DNA of 64,000 nucleotides from an uncultured Pelagibacteraceae bacterium (GTDB taxonomy: Bacteria; Pseudomonadota; Alphaproteobacteria; Pelagibacterales; Pelagibacteraceae), in the NCBI GenBank assembly GCA_902596375.1, contig CACJTU010000006.1:2398-66397 (forward strand). The letters are read 5' to 3'. The notes beneath the pieces were generated by a model. The model ran no database searches. It was not told the DNA's origin and was given only the letters and a program-made list of their open reading frames with translations. Of this stretch, positions 39,164 through 49,332 are shown piece by piece. Position 1 is the stretch's first letter. The number at the start of each line of letters is the position of its first letter. Made by a program: the position numbers and the translations under genes.

Positions 39164-40066
39164 ATGCAAGTAGGTATTGATGTAGGTGCAACTAAAATTG
39201 AGAGTGTTGTACTTGAAGATAATGGGAATGAAAAACACAGATCAAGAATATCGTGTCCAAAGGAGTACACTCAAATTGTAACTGCGATTAGAGATATCCA
39301 CAGAAAATTAGAACAAGATTTTAAACAAGAACTTCCAATTGGTGTTTGTCATCCAGGAGTTCATTCTCCTCAAACTGGATTAGTAAAAAATGCTCCAAAT
39401 ATAACTTGGTTAGAAAAAAAACCATTTCAAAGCGATCTGCGTAAAGCTCTTGGAAAAGAAGTGTTTTGTGAAAATGACGCTAATTGTTTTGCTTTATCTG
39501 AAGCAATAGATGGAGCTGGTACACATTATAAAATCGTTTATGGAATTATATTAGGTTCAGGAGTTGGAGGTGGCTTAGTAATAGATAAAAAAATTATTAC
39601 TGGCTCGAATGGAGTAGCAGGGGAATGGGGACACAATCAAATTCCATATTTTGCAGCTAAGAAAGAAAATTTTGACTCAAGTAACGCAAGGGAAGCAGAG
39701 ATTGAAAGTTTTTTATCTGGTTTAAGTTTAGCAAAAAGATTTAAGAAACTTTATGGAAAAAATTTAAAAACAAATGAAATTTTTGAATTAAATAGAAAAC
39801 ATGATTTAGATGCTGAAAGATTTATAGATGATTTTAAAGTAAATTTAGCAATGTCTCTTTCAAGCATCATAAATATTTTAGATCCTGATGCTTTTATATT
39901 TGGAGGAGGAGTTTCAAACGAAATTGATTTTTTACATGAAATAGATTCATTGGTTAGAAAATTTGTTATTGGAAGAGAATATGAAGGTGTTTTTTTAAAA
40001 CCTAGATACGGAGATGCTAGTGGAGTTAGAGGCGCTGCTAGATTAGGAAGAAGCGCGACATATTAG
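39164..40066 (+). CDS. ROK-family hexose kinase (Mak/fructokinase-like)
   Basis: GIDVG.TKIE, ENDANCFALSEA, G.GVGGG, GEWGH, GD.SGVRGAA. Confidence 0.9.
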   Translation: MQVGIDVGATKIESVVLEDNGNEKHRSRISCPKEYTQIVTAIRDIHRKLEQDFKQELPIGVCHPGVHSPQTGLVKNAPNITWLEKKPFQSDLRKALGKEVFCENDANCFALSEAIDGAGTHYKIVYGIILGSGVGGGLVIDKKIITGSNGVAGEWGHNQIPYFAAKKENFDSSNAREAEIESFLSGLSLAKRFKKLYGKNLKTNEIFELNRKHDLDAERFIDDFKVNLAMSLSSIINILDPDAFIFGGGVSNEIDFLHEIDSLVRKFVIGREYEGVFLKPRYGDASGVRGAARLGRSATY

Positions 40067-40149
40067 AACTTCAACTAAAAGTAGAATCAAAAAAAAAAAA
40101 TTTTTTTATAATTAAAAAAAACATTACTAAATAAGAAAAAAAATCAATA

Positions 40150-40210
40150 TCAACTTATAGTTGAATAACATTTTTTTAGTTATCAATTGAGAATTATTCT
40201 ACTTATAGTT
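40150..40210. promoter_or_regulatory. Palindrome and repeated ACTTATAGTT upstream of the glucose ABC operon
   Basis: TCAACT-TAT-AGTTGA at 40150-40164; ACTTATAGTT at 40153-40162 and 40201-40210. Confidence 0.3.
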
Positions 40211-40261
40211 TCGTTTTAAAAAAAATAGTTAACTAAATAAAAAAAAAGAGGAAGAGAAGAT

Positions 40262-41518
40262 ATGAAAAAACTAATGATCGCTTTAATTACTTTAGCGTTC
40301 ACATCTACTTCATCAATTGCAGGACCTAAGATTGAGGTATTGCACTGGTGGACGTCTGGTGGTGAAGCTGCTGCACTTAAAGTTTTAAAAGATGATTTCG
40401 CTGCAAACGGTGGTGAATGGATGGACATGCCTGTAACAGGCGGTGGTGGAGACGCTGCTAACGTTGCATTAAAAGCAAGAATCGTTGCTGGAGATCCTCC
40501 ATCAGCATCACAAATCAAAGGACCTACAATTCAAGAGTATGATCAAGAAGGTGTTGTAGCTCCATATAACATTGATGAAGTTGCTAAAGCAGAAGGTTGG
40601 GACAATTTATTAGACCCAATGATTGCAGCAATTCACAAGTGTGAAAATAATAGCGGACCTTATTGTGCTGCTCCAGTAAATATTCACAGAATTGACTGGA
40701 TGTGGGCAAACAAAGCTGTATTTGATGCAAACGGTATTTCAGTTCCAACTACTTGGGATGAGTTAAATGCTGCTGCTGAAAAATTACAAGCTGCTGGTAT
40801 CATTCCATTTGCACATGGTGGTCAAGCTTGGCAAGATGCTACAGTATTTGAAGCAGTTGCTATGGGTATTGGAGGAAATAACTATTACAAAAATTGTTAT
40901 GTAGATCTTAAAGAAAGCTGTTTAAGAAGTGAAACAACAGTTAAAGTTTTTGATCAAATGAGAAAACTACAAGGGTTTACTGACGAAGGTAGTCCAGGAA
41001 GAGACTGGAACGTTGCTACTGGTATGGTAATTGAAGGAAAAGCTGGTTTCCAAATTATGGGTGACTGGGCAAAAGGTGAATTTACAGCTGCAGGAAAAGT
41101 TCCAGGTGTAGATTACTACTGTGCTGCCACTCCTTCAAATAATGGATACTTATATAACGTAGATAGTTTTATCTTTTACAAATCTAGCGATCCAGATAAA
41201 CAAGCTGGCCAAAAGTTATTAGCTAAGCTTATGATGGGTAAAAACTTTCAAAAAGTTTTCAACCTATACAAAGGTTCTATCCCTGCACGTTTAGACGTAT
41301 CAATGGATGAATTTGATAAGTGTGCGAAAACATCTAATGCAGATATTAAAACTGCAGGTGCAAGCGGTGGATTAGTTCCAAGTTTTGCTCACGGTATGGC
41401 TCAAGGTAATACTATGAAAGCTGCCCTACAAGATATCATTACAGAGCACTTTAACTCTGATATGTCATCTGTAGATGCTGCTAACGCTTTAGCTGACTCA
41501 GTTTTAGCTAATATGTAG
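40262..41518 (+). CDS. Glucose ABC substrate-binding protein (GtsA-like, CUT1)
   Basis: EVLHWWTSGGEA.AL, PVNIHR, HGGQ.WQD, MGDWAKGEF, KGSIPAR, PS.AHG. Confidence 0.92.
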   Translation: MKKLMIALITLAFTSTSSIAGPKIEVLHWWTSGGEAAALKVLKDDFAANGGEWMDMPVTGGGGDAANVALKARIVAGDPPSASQIKGPTIQEYDQEGVVAPYNIDEVAKAEGWDNLLDPMIAAIHKCENNSGPYCAAPVNIHRIDWMWANKAVFDANGISVPTTWDELNAAAEKLQAAGIIPFAHGGQAWQDATVFEAVAMGIGGNNYYKNCYVDLKESCLRSETTVKVFDQMRKLQGFTDEGSPGRDWNVATGMVIEGKAGFQIMGDWAKGEFTAAGKVPGVDYYCAATPSNNGYLYNVDSFIFYKSSDPDKQAGQKLLAKLMMGKNFQKVFNLYKGSIPARLDVSMDEFDKCAKTSNADIKTAGASGGLVPSFAHGMAQGNTMKAALQDIITEHFNSDMSSVDAANALADSVLANM

Positions 41519-41530
41519 TACATAAAAATT

Positions 41531-41565
41531 AAAAGGCCACTTTTGATAAAGTGGCCTTTTTTTTT
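41531..41565 (+). terminator. Hairpin/terminator after the SBP gene
   Basis: AAAAGGCCACTTT-TGAT-AAAGTGGCC followed by a T run. Confidence 0.85.
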
Positions 41566-41591
41566 AAATCTAAAAATAAAAAATATTTATA

Positions 41592-42467
41592 ATGTTCAAG
41601 TGGTTAGAAAAAAATTTACCTAAAATTGTAATGGCCCCAGCTGTTGGTTTGATTGGCTGGTTTGTCTATGGATTTGTACTTTGGACTTTATATATATCTT
41701 TTACCAATTCTAAAATTCTACCAAAGTATGAACTTTGGGGATTTGGACAGTATGAAAAACTTTGGGCATCAAGAAAATGGCTAATTGCAGTAGATAATTT
41801 GCTTATTTTTACAGCACTATTTTTAATCTTCTGTGTTGTTATAGGAATAATTCTTGCAATTTTTTTAGACCAAAAAATCAGAGCAGAGGGTTTGCTAAGA
41901 ACGATTTATTTATATCCAATGGCGCTATCTTTTATCGTCACAGGAACCGCATGGAAATGGATATTAAATCCAACTTTAGGTATCCAAAAAATGTTTAGAG
42001 ACTGGGGCTTCGAGAACTTCACCTTTGATTGGTTAGTAGATAGGGAGATGGCCATTTATACTATAGTTATTGCAGGTGTTTGGCAATCTGCAGGGTTTGT
42101 GATGGCGCTATTTTTAGCTGGATTAAGGTCAGTAGAAGATGAAATTATTAAGGCAGCAAAAATAGATGGTGCAAGTTTATTTACGGTTTACTGGAAGATT
42201 TTACTTCCAATGATGAGACCTGTATTTTTTACAAGTTTTGTAATTTTAGTTCATATATCTATAAAAAGTTATGATCTTATCGTAGCACTTACACAAGGTG
42301 GGCCAGGCATCTCAACAACTATGCCCGCTTTATACATGACTCAAACTGCATTTCATAAAAGCCAAGTTGGTTTATCTGCAGCGAGTGCGATGATGATGTT
42401 TATGGCTGTAGCTGCTGTGATTATCCCATATTTATATTCAGAATTAAGGAGAGAAAATGCAAGATAG
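41592..42467 (+). CDS. Glucose ABC permease (GtsB-like)
   Basis: YLYPMALSFIVTG.AWKW, EAA-loop AAKIDGA. Confidence 0.93.
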   Translation: MFKWLEKNLPKIVMAPAVGLIGWFVYGFVLWTLYISFTNSKILPKYELWGFGQYEKLWASRKWLIAVDNLLIFTALFLIFCVVIGIILAIFLDQKIRAEGLLRTIYLYPMALSFIVTGTAWKWILNPTLGIQKMFRDWGFENFTFDWLVDREMAIYTIVIAGVWQSAGFVMALFLAGLRSVEDEIIKAAKIDGASLFTVYWKILLPMMRPVFFTSFVILVHISIKSYDLIVALTQGGPGISTTMPALYMTQTAFHKSQVGLSAASAMMMFMAVAAVIIPYLYSELRRENAR

Positions 42468-43362
42468 TTTGAAATCTTCTTCTTATCAGCAATTAGAACA
42501 AAAATCTAAATATACAAATATGTTTTTAAGATGGTTTTTATATTTTATTTTAATTGTTTTTGCTTCTTATTTTATTTTTCCACTTTATGTAATGGTTGTT
42601 ACTTCGTTAAAAACAATGGAAGAGATTCGTCAAGGAACACTTTTATCTTGGCCAAGTGGATTAAATTTAGAATCTTGGGCTGTAGCGTGGGGAGGTCGAG
42701 GATATGGAGCTGGTGATACTTTTTTAAAACCCTATTTTTGGAATTCAATCAAGATGGTTGTACCAGCAGTATTTTTTTCAACATTCATTGGAGCGATGAC
42801 AGGATATGTTTTAACTAAATGGAGATTTAAAGGAGATCAGTGGGTTTTCCTTTTTTTATTATTTGGATGTTTTATACCTTTTCAAGCAATATTGTTACCA
42901 ATGGCTAGAACTCTTGGAGTGTTAGGAATATCAAATTCTGTTGTTGGGTTAGTATTAGTGCATACAGTTTATGGAATTCCTTTTACCACATTATTTTTTA
43001 GAAATTATTATGTTTCTGTACCAACAGAATTAGTTAAAGCTGCAAGAATTGATGGAGCAGGTTTCTTTAAAATATTTTTCAAAATTTTACTTCCAATATC
43101 TGCACCGATTATTGTTGTAACTGTAATTTGGCAATTTACACAAATATGGAATGATTTTTTATTTGGATCAACTTTCTCTTTCGGAGAGGCAGCACCAATT
43201 CAGGTTGCTTTAAATAATATGGTTTTATCTAGTACAAGTGTGAAAGAATACAATGTAGATATGGCCTCAGCTATTATAGCCGGGATTCCAACGCTTATAG
43301 TTTATGTACTGGCAGGTAAATATTTTATTAGAGGATTAACTTCAGGAGCAGTGAAAGGATAA
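42457..43362 (+). CDS. Glucose ABC permease (GtsC-like)
   Basis: FRNYY..VP.EL.KAARIDGAG, WQFTQIWNDFLFG, G.VKG end. Confidence 0.93.
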   Translation: MQDSLKSSSYQQLEQKSKYTNMFLRWFLYFILIVFASYFIFPLYVMVVTSLKTMEEIRQGTLLSWPSGLNLESWAVAWGGRGYGAGDTFLKPYFWNSIKMVVPAVFFSTFIGAMTGYVLTKWRFKGDQWVFLFLLFGCFIPFQAILLPMARTLGVLGISNSVVGLVLVHTVYGIPFTTLFFRNYYVSVPTELVKAARIDGAGFFKIFFKILLPISAPIIVVTVIWQFTQIWNDFLFGSTFSFGEAAPIQVALNNMVLSSTSVKEYNVDMASAIIAGIPTLIVYVLAGKYFIRGLTSGAVKG

Positions 43363-43364
43363 CA

Positions 43365-44459
43365 ATGAAAACTTTAAAAATTGAAGAATTATCAAAAAAC
43401 TTTGGATCTACTGAGGTTTTAAGAAAAATTAACTTAGAGATAGATGAAGGAAATTTTTTGGTTCTATTAGGACCTTCTGGTTGTGGAAAATCAACATTAC
43501 TTAATATTATCGCTGGTTTAGAGACTATTAATGAGGGAAATGTTTTTATTGATGATTATAATGTAAGTAAAGTTGAGCCAAAAGACCGAAATATTGCGAT
43601 GGTTTTTCAATCTTACGCTTTATATCCATCAATGAATGTTAGAGAAAATATGATATTTGGTCTTAAACAAGCAAAAACATCTAAAGATAAAATAGAAGAA
43701 CAATTAGAAAAAGTATCTAAATTTTTACAAGTTGATCAATTATTAGAGAGAAAACCTTCTCAATTATCTGGTGGTCAAAGACAACGTGTTGCAATTGGTA
43801 GAGCTCTTGTTAGGGAACCAAGAATATTTTTATTTGATGAACCTTTATCTAACTTGGATGCAAAATTAAGAGTTGAGATGAGAAGAGAAATCAAAAAACT
43901 TCACCAACAATTGAAAACAACAGTTGTGTATGTAACTCATGATCAAACTGAAGCAATGAGTCTAGGAACAAGAATTGCGATTATGAACCATGGTGTTATT
44001 CAACAAAATGATACACCTGAAAATATTTATAACAAACCAAGCAACACATTTGTAGCTGACTTTATTGGATCACCATCCATGAATTTAATTAAGGGAACAT
44101 TAAAAGAAACTTCAGGTGAAATATCTTTTACAGCAAGTGGTTCTAATGTTGAAATTCCTGTAAAAGGCTATGAATTTAAAGATAAATCTAATTTAAACAA
44201 TAAAGAAGTTTACTTTGGTATAAGGCCTGAGCATGTTTATTTCAAAAAATCTAATGAAAGTGATTTTGAAATCAATTTAAGAGCAGATCTAAGTGAGTAT
44301 ATCGGTCATGAACAGATAATGACATTTGATTATGCTAATCAAGAACTCTTAGCTAAATTTCCTTCAATAATTAAAATTGAATTAGCAAAAGAAACAAAAT
44401 TATTTTTTGATTTAACTCAAACATCATTATTTGACGCTCAAACAGAGGAAAGAATATAA
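43365..44459 (+). CDS. MalK-type ABC ATPase
   Basis: GPSGCGKS, VFQSYALYP, LSGGQRQR, DEPLSNLDAKLR, GIRPE. Confidence 0.96.
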   Translation: MKTLKIEELSKNFGSTEVLRKINLEIDEGNFLVLLGPSGCGKSTLLNIIAGLETINEGNVFIDDYNVSKVEPKDRNIAMVFQSYALYPSMNVRENMIFGLKQAKTSKDKIEEQLEKVSKFLQVDQLLERKPSQLSGGQRQRVAIGRALVREPRIFLFDEPLSNLDAKLRVEMRREIKKLHQQLKTTVVYVTHDQTEAMSLGTRIAIMNHGVIQQNDTPENIYNKPSNTFVADFIGSPSMNLIKGTLKETSGEISFTASGSNVEIPVKGYEFKDKSNLNNKEVYFGIRPEHVYFKKSNESDFEINLRADLSEYIGHEQIMTFDYANQELLAKFPSIIKIELAKETKLFFDLTQTSLFDAQTEERI

Positions 44460-44460
44460 T

Positions 44461-45222
44461 ATGAAAGTAAAATATTCAGATTTAAAAAATAAAAGAATAT
44501 TTATAACTGGCGGAGGTTCAGGAATTGGGGCATCAATCGTTGAGCATTTTTGTGATCAAGGAAGTGAAGTTTATTTTGTAGATATTGATTTAAAAGAAAC
44601 AAAAAAACTTTTAAACAAAATTAAGAAAAAAAAATTTAGAACACCAACATTCATTGAATGTAATTTGTTAGATATCAATAAATTAGAAAAAATAATTAAA
44701 AATATTATTGCAAAAAATGGTCCAATACATGCTTTAATTAATAACGCCGCCAATGATGATAGACACACAACAGATCAGGTGGATGAAAAATATTGGGAAA
44801 ATAGAATGGCAATAAACTTAAAACATTATTTTTTTGCAGCTAAAGCTGTGGTTAAATCTATGAAAAAAATAAAAGCTGGCTCGATTGTAAATTTAAGTTC
44901 AGTTTCGTGGATGCTAGGTGAAGGTGATAAAGTTGTTTATGAAACCGCAAAATCTGCAGTAGTAGGTCTAACTAGATCTTTTGCACAAGAATATGGAAAA
45001 TATAATATCAGAACCAATTCAGTAGTCCCTGGATCTATAGCTACTGAAAGACAAATAAAACATTGGTTAACACCAAAGTATAAGAAGCTTATTTTAGACA
45101 GTCAGGCTTTAAAAAGACAATTAAAACCTAATGATGTTGCTCAAATGGTAATGTTCTTAGCATCAGATCAATCATCTGGATGCACAAAACAAAGCTTTAT
45201 TGTTGATGGTGGTATAACTTGA
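44461..45222 (+). CDS. SDR sugar dehydrogenase, paralogue of 33609-34370
   Basis: TGGGSGIG, NNAANDDRH, YETAK; ATG at 44461. Confidence 0.85.
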   Translation: MKVKYSDLKNKRIFITGGGSGIGASIVEHFCDQGSEVYFVDIDLKETKKLLNKIKKKKFRTPTFIECNLLDINKLEKIIKNIIAKNGPIHALINNAANDDRHTTDQVDEKYWENRMAINLKHYFFAAKAVVKSMKKIKAGSIVNLSSVSWMLGEGDKVVYETAKSAVVGLTRSFAQEYGKYNIRTNSVVPGSIATERQIKHWLTPKYKKLILDSQALKRQLKPNDVAQMVMFLASDQSSGCTKQSFIVDGGIT

Positions 45223-45227
45223 TCTAG

Positions 45228-46196
45228 GTGAAAGTTGATAGCTCTATAATTCAAAATAAATTTCTAAGAGTTCAAACTCTTAATTATGGGGCCAGTCTTT
45301 TTGAAGTTTATCACAAGAAAAACAAAATAAATTTAATTTTAAATTTAGGATCAAAAGAAAACTATCGGTACAAACATCCAAGTGTTGGATCTACTTGTGG
45401 AAGATATGCAGGAAGAATTTCCAATGCAAAATTTAAGATTGGGAATAAAAAATTTAATTTAAATGCAAATGAGGGAAAAAATATACTTCATGGTGGTAAA
45501 GTTGGTTTCTCAATTCTCCCATGGAAAAAATTAAATCAAACAAAAGATCAAATAGTATATCAAATTCATTCAAAAGATAACGATCAAGGCTTTCCTGGAA
45601 ATTTAGTTGTCAATTGTACTTATCAACTAAGGAAAAAATTTTTGATAATAAAATATGAATATAAATCCAATAAAAGTACCCATGTTAATTTAACTAATCA
45701 TAGCTATTGGAATTTAGAAAAAAATAAAAATAAGATGATTTATAATCATGAGCTAAAATTAAACTCAGCTAAATATCTTCAAATAAATAAAAATTTAATC
45801 CCAACTGGTAGATTTAAAAATATAAAAAAATCTATTTACGATTTTTCAAATTTTGAAAATATTGGAAAAAAATTAGATTATTTTAAAAATAAAAAGCTTA
45901 ATATTAAATTTAAAGGTTTTGACACGACTTTTGTTGTAAAGAAAAATACTAGAAATTTAGTCGGAACTTTAAAAAATAATAATACTAACATTCAAGTTGA
46001 TTTTTTTTCAAATTTACCTGGTGCTCAGCTTTATTCAGCACAAAATCTAAATTACAAAAAAAAATTATTTCCATACCAAGGCATTTGTTTAGAAACACAA
46101 TACTTTCCTGATGCACCTAATAAAAAAAATTTTCCAAGCACTTTAATTAAACCCAATAAAAGGTATACATGTTTTACAAAAATTAAAATTAGTTAA
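45228..46196 (+). CDS. galM: Aldose 1-epimerase (mutarotase)
   Basis: GRYAGRI, LHGG, GFPG, NLTNHSYWNL, CLETQ. Confidence 0.9.
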   Translation: MKVDSSIIQNKFLRVQTLNYGASLFEVYHKKNKINLILNLGSKENYRYKHPSVGSTCGRYAGRISNAKFKIGNKKFNLNANEGKNILHGGKVGFSILPWKKLNQTKDQIVYQIHSKDNDQGFPGNLVVNCTYQLRKKFLIIKYEYKSNKSTHVNLTNHSYWNLEKNKNKMIYNHELKLNSAKYLQINKNLIPTGRFKNIKKSIYDFSNFENIGKKLDYFKNKKLNIKFKGFDTTFVVKKNTRNLVGTLKNNNTNIQVDFFSNLPGAQLYSAQNLNYKKKLFPYQGICLETQYFPDAPNKKNFPSTLIKPNKRYTCFTKIKIS

Positions 46197-46199
46197 TTT

Positions 46200-47237
46200 A
46201 TGAGTAAAAAAATTAATATTTCTATAGTTGGAACAGGTTTAATGGGTTTACAACACATAAAAGCTATTCAAAAATCAAAGAAAGCAAATCTTCATTCAAT
46301 AGTAGATATTAGTAATAATGCTAAAAATTTGTCAAAAAAATATAAAATCCCATTATATTCAAATGTATCAGAGCTTTTAAATTCAAAAAAACTTGATGCT
46401 GTAATAGTTGCTACCCCCAATCAATTGCATGAAAAACATACAGTAAGTTTTTTAAAAAATAAAATACCTGTTCTGTTAGAAAAACCTATTTCAGATAACA
46501 TTCAATCTGCAAAAAAAATTATAAGTAGTGCTAATAAGAATAAAACACCATTATTGATTGGATATCATCGTCGGCACAATTCTATAGTCTCTAAAGTAAA
46601 AGATATTATTAACAAAGGTAAATTAGGCAACATCGTTTCTGCAAATGTTTTGTGTTGGTTGTACAAACACAAAGCTTATTACAATGAAAAATGGAGAGTT
46701 AGGAAAGGTGGAGGGCCCTTAGGTATTAATTTAGTGCATGACATTGATATGATTTGTTATTTATTGGGTTCAATAAAATATGTGCAAGCATTTACAACAA
46801 ATAAAACTAGAAAATTCCAAGTGGAGGATACAGCTACAATTAGCTTGATTTTTAATTCAGGAGCGCTTTGTACGCTAAATTTGTCAGATACAATTGTTGC
46901 ACCGTGGAGTTATGAATTAACTGCTGGAGAAAATCCTGCATACCCAATTACCAACCAATCTGCTTACATGATTGGGGGTACCAAAGGTTCTTTACAGTTT
47001 CCAAATCTTAAATATTGGTTTTATAAAAAAGAAAGAAGTTGGTGGAATAAAATTTTTGTTAATGAAGATAAAAACAAAAAAGATGATAATACATTAGTAA
47101 ATCAAATTGATCATTTTGCTGATGTTGTCGCAAAAAAAGCTAAACCAAAAGTAAATGGAAATGATGGTTTAATTTCTCTTAAAATTTTTGCTGCTATAAC
47201 TAAAAGTGCAAAAACTGGAAAGAAAATTAAAATTTAA
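46200..47237 (+). CDS. Gfo/Idh/MocA sugar dehydrogenase
   Basis: G.GLMG..H, ATPN, EKP, G.HRRH, INLVHDID, GENP.YP. Confidence 0.9.
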   Translation: MSKKINISIVGTGLMGLQHIKAIQKSKKANLHSIVDISNNAKNLSKKYKIPLYSNVSELLNSKKLDAVIVATPNQLHEKHTVSFLKNKIPVLLEKPISDNIQSAKKIISSANKNKTPLLIGYHRRHNSIVSKVKDIINKGKLGNIVSANVLCWLYKHKAYYNEKWRVRKGGGPLGINLVHDIDMICYLLGSIKYVQAFTTNKTRKFQVEDTATISLIFNSGALCTLNLSDTIVAPWSYELTAGENPAYPITNQSAYMIGGTKGSLQFPNLKYWFYKKERSWWNKIFVNEDKNKKDDNTLVNQIDHFADVVAKKAKPKVNGNDGLISLKIFAAITKSAKTGKKIKI

Positions 47238-48298
47238 AGATTAGCTAAAATCGAATTAGAAGATTTAATGGTATCAGCATCACCCCCTAAATCTTTAGTT
47301 CTGTTACTTTTATCACTTAAAGATTTTTCAATTGCTTCAACTATTGAATTAGATGCTTCTTTTTCTCCTAAATAATCTAGCATCATTGCTCCAGACCAAA
47401 TTTGTCCTACAGGATTTGCAATTCCTTTTCCTGCAATATCAGGGGCAGAACCGTGAACTGGTTCAAACAAAGATGGAAATTTATTTTCTGGATTAATATT
47501 TCCAGAGGGAGCAATTCCAATTGTTCCTGTGCAAGCAGGCCCTAAGTCTGAAAGAATATCTCCAAATAAATTTGATGCTACTACAACATCAAACCATTCA
47601 GGATTGAGCACAAATCTAGCAACTAAAATATCAATATGAAATTGATCTGTTTCAATTTCAGGATAATTTTTTTTCATTTCATTAAAACGTTCATCCCAAA
47701 AAGGCATAGTAATTGAAATTCCATTTGATTTTGTTGCATTAGTTAGTTTCCCCCTTTTTCTTTGTTTGGCTAATTCAAAGGCAAATTTTTGAACTCTGTC
47801 TATTCCATGGGCAGACATGATAGTTTCTTGAATTGCAATTTCTCTATCGGTATTTTTATACATTCTTCCGCCTACAGTAGAATATTCTCCCTCTGTATTT
47901 TCTCTAACAATCAACATATCGATATCACCAGGTTTTTTATTGGCTAGAGGAGGATTAATACCTGGGAAAAGTTTTACAGGTCTAAGATTTATGTATTGAT
48001 CAAATTCTCTTCTAAACTGAAGCAAGGAACCCCATAAAGAAATATGATCCGGTACTCTATCTGGCATACCGACTGCTCCAAAAAATATAGCATCATGTTT
48101 TTCTAATTTTTCTTTCCAGTCATCAGGAAGCATTTTTCCATGTTTTTCGTAATAATCACAGGAAGCAAAATCATATTCTGTAAAATTTATTTTAAATTGA
48201 TGTTTTAAAGCAACATCTTTTAAAACTTTTAAGCCTTCAGGTAACACCTCTTTACCAATCCCGTCACCAGCTATTGAAGCAATGTTATATTCTTTCAT
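47234..48298 (-). CDS. Tartrate dehydrogenase/decarboxylase (D-malate dehydrogenase, TtuC/DmlA family)
   Basis: GDGIG.EV, PDHISLWG, RENTEGEYS, TKSNG...MPFWD, SNLFGDILSD, FEPVHGSAPD. Confidence 0.92.
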   Translation of the reverse strand: MKEYNIASIAGDGIGKEVLPEGLKVLKDVALKHQFKINFTEYDFASCDYYEKHGKMLPDDWKEKLEKHDAIFFGAVGMPDRVPDHISLWGSLLQFRREFDQYINLRPVKLFPGINPPLANKKPGDIDMLIVRENTEGEYSTVGGRMYKNTDREIAIQETIMSAHGIDRVQKFAFELAKQRKRGKLTNATKSNGISITMPFWDERFNEMKKNYPEIETDQFHIDILVARFVLNPEWFDVVVASNLFGDILSDLGPACTGTIGIAPSGNINPENKFPSLFEPVHGSAPDIAGKGIANPVGQIWSGAMMLDYLGEKEASNSIVEAIEKSLSDKSNRTKDLGGDADTIKSSNSILANL

Positions 48299-48402
48299 TA
48301 GTTGATTTTTATACTGCAAAATATGAATAAATTACATTGTTAAATTAATATTAAATTTTAAACCTTCATTGTTTTGACATATTTTTTTTGCTAACTTTGC
48401 TT

Positions 48403-48912
48403 ATGAAAAAAATAATCTTCCTTGCTTTATTTAGTTTGTTATTTTTCACAAATTCAAATGCTGCATGTGATGATCCTTTAACAGAAGGTGTTGATTATTC
48501 TAATTGTAGATTTTCAGACTCACAAGATTTACAAGGAAGTTATCTTCCAAATTCAAATCTTTCTTTTGCAAGTTTTATTCAAGTGAACTTTGATAAAAGC
48601 ATTATGATGACTTCAAATCTATCGTTTGGTACTTTTCCAGAGTCTACCTTTGTAAGAGCCAATCTTTATGAATCTGTTTCTATAGGGGCAAATTTTGAAA
48701 AAACTAATTTTACTGGTGCTAATTTAACTAGAGTTGATTTTATGGGAGCAACCTTAATTGAAGCAAATTTTCAGAACTCTAATTTAATGGAAGCTAACTT
48801 TACCTCTTCTAACATCACAAATGCTAATTTTGATGGAGCTAATTTAACTGGAGCAACGTGGACTAATGGTCAAACTTGTGGTCCAGAGTCTATTGGTACC
48901 TGTAAACAATAA
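48403..48912 (+). CDS. Exported pentapeptide-repeat protein
   Basis: Signal peptide; tandem A(N/D)(L/F)xx repeats; Cys pairs at both ends. Confidence 0.88.
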   Translation: MKKIIFLALFSLLFFTNSNAACDDPLTEGVDYSNCRFSDSQDLQGSYLPNSNLSFASFIQVNFDKSIMMTSNLSFGTFPESTFVRANLYESVSIGANFEKTNFTGANLTRVDFMGATLIEANFQNSNLMEANFTSSNITNANFDGANLTGATWTNGQTCGPESIGTCKQ

Positions 48913-48915
48913 TTA

Positions 48916-49209
48916 ATGAATACTTCAGTAAATACTGATGATGTTATCTTTAATTTTTTTAAACAAATTTGTGATGAAAAAGATGATAAAAAATGTGTTG
49001 AACTTGGAAACGAGTGGATAAAGGCAATGGAAACTAATTTGTCTGAAATGGAAAAAAACCTAAATGGAGCTGATTATATTAAGCATAAAGATGACATTCA
49101 AAGTAACAGAAATCACCTGGATAGCCTGAAGAATAAAACATCATCTGAGTGGAGAGAGTACGCAACTCAATGCATGATTGAAATAATGAATCATAAGAGT
49201 CAAAAATAA
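48916..49209 (+). CDS. Hypothetical protein
   Basis: 97 aa ORF filling the spacer between neighbouring genes. Confidence 0.7.
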   Translation: MNTSVNTDDVIFNFFKQICDEKDDKKCVELGNEWIKAMETNLSEMEKNLNGADYIKHKDDIQSNRNHLDSLKNKTSSEWREYATQCMIEIMNHKSQK

Positions 49210-49263
49210 TTTAAGAAATAAATTTTAAATCGCTAGCTATATCGATTAATATAATATAAAGAT

Positions 49264-49332
49264 TACTTAAAGGGGTGTCTTAACAGACTGAGATCATACC
49301 CTAAGAACCTGTCCGGTAATTCAGAAAGGGAT
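49264..49332 (+). ncRNA. TPP riboswitch (compact variant)
   Basis: GGGGTG...CTGAGA..ATACCC..GAACCTG..TAAT..AGGGA immediately upstream of a Na+:solute symporter. Confidence 0.85.

Noticed and set aside
40080-40145. Long A and T runs as a phase-variation tract or terminator
   Set aside because: Intergenic homopolymers without a GC stem; expected in very AT-rich DNA.
2300-48300. Mobile element or integrative island
   Set aside because: No integrase, transposase, tRNA anchor or flanking direct repeats seen; composition resembles the flanks.
48520-48860. Periodic GC(A/T)AATTT-like repeats as a possible CRISPR or tandem array
   Set aside because: 15-nt periodicity explained by pentapeptide-repeat coding; no spacers or cas genes.
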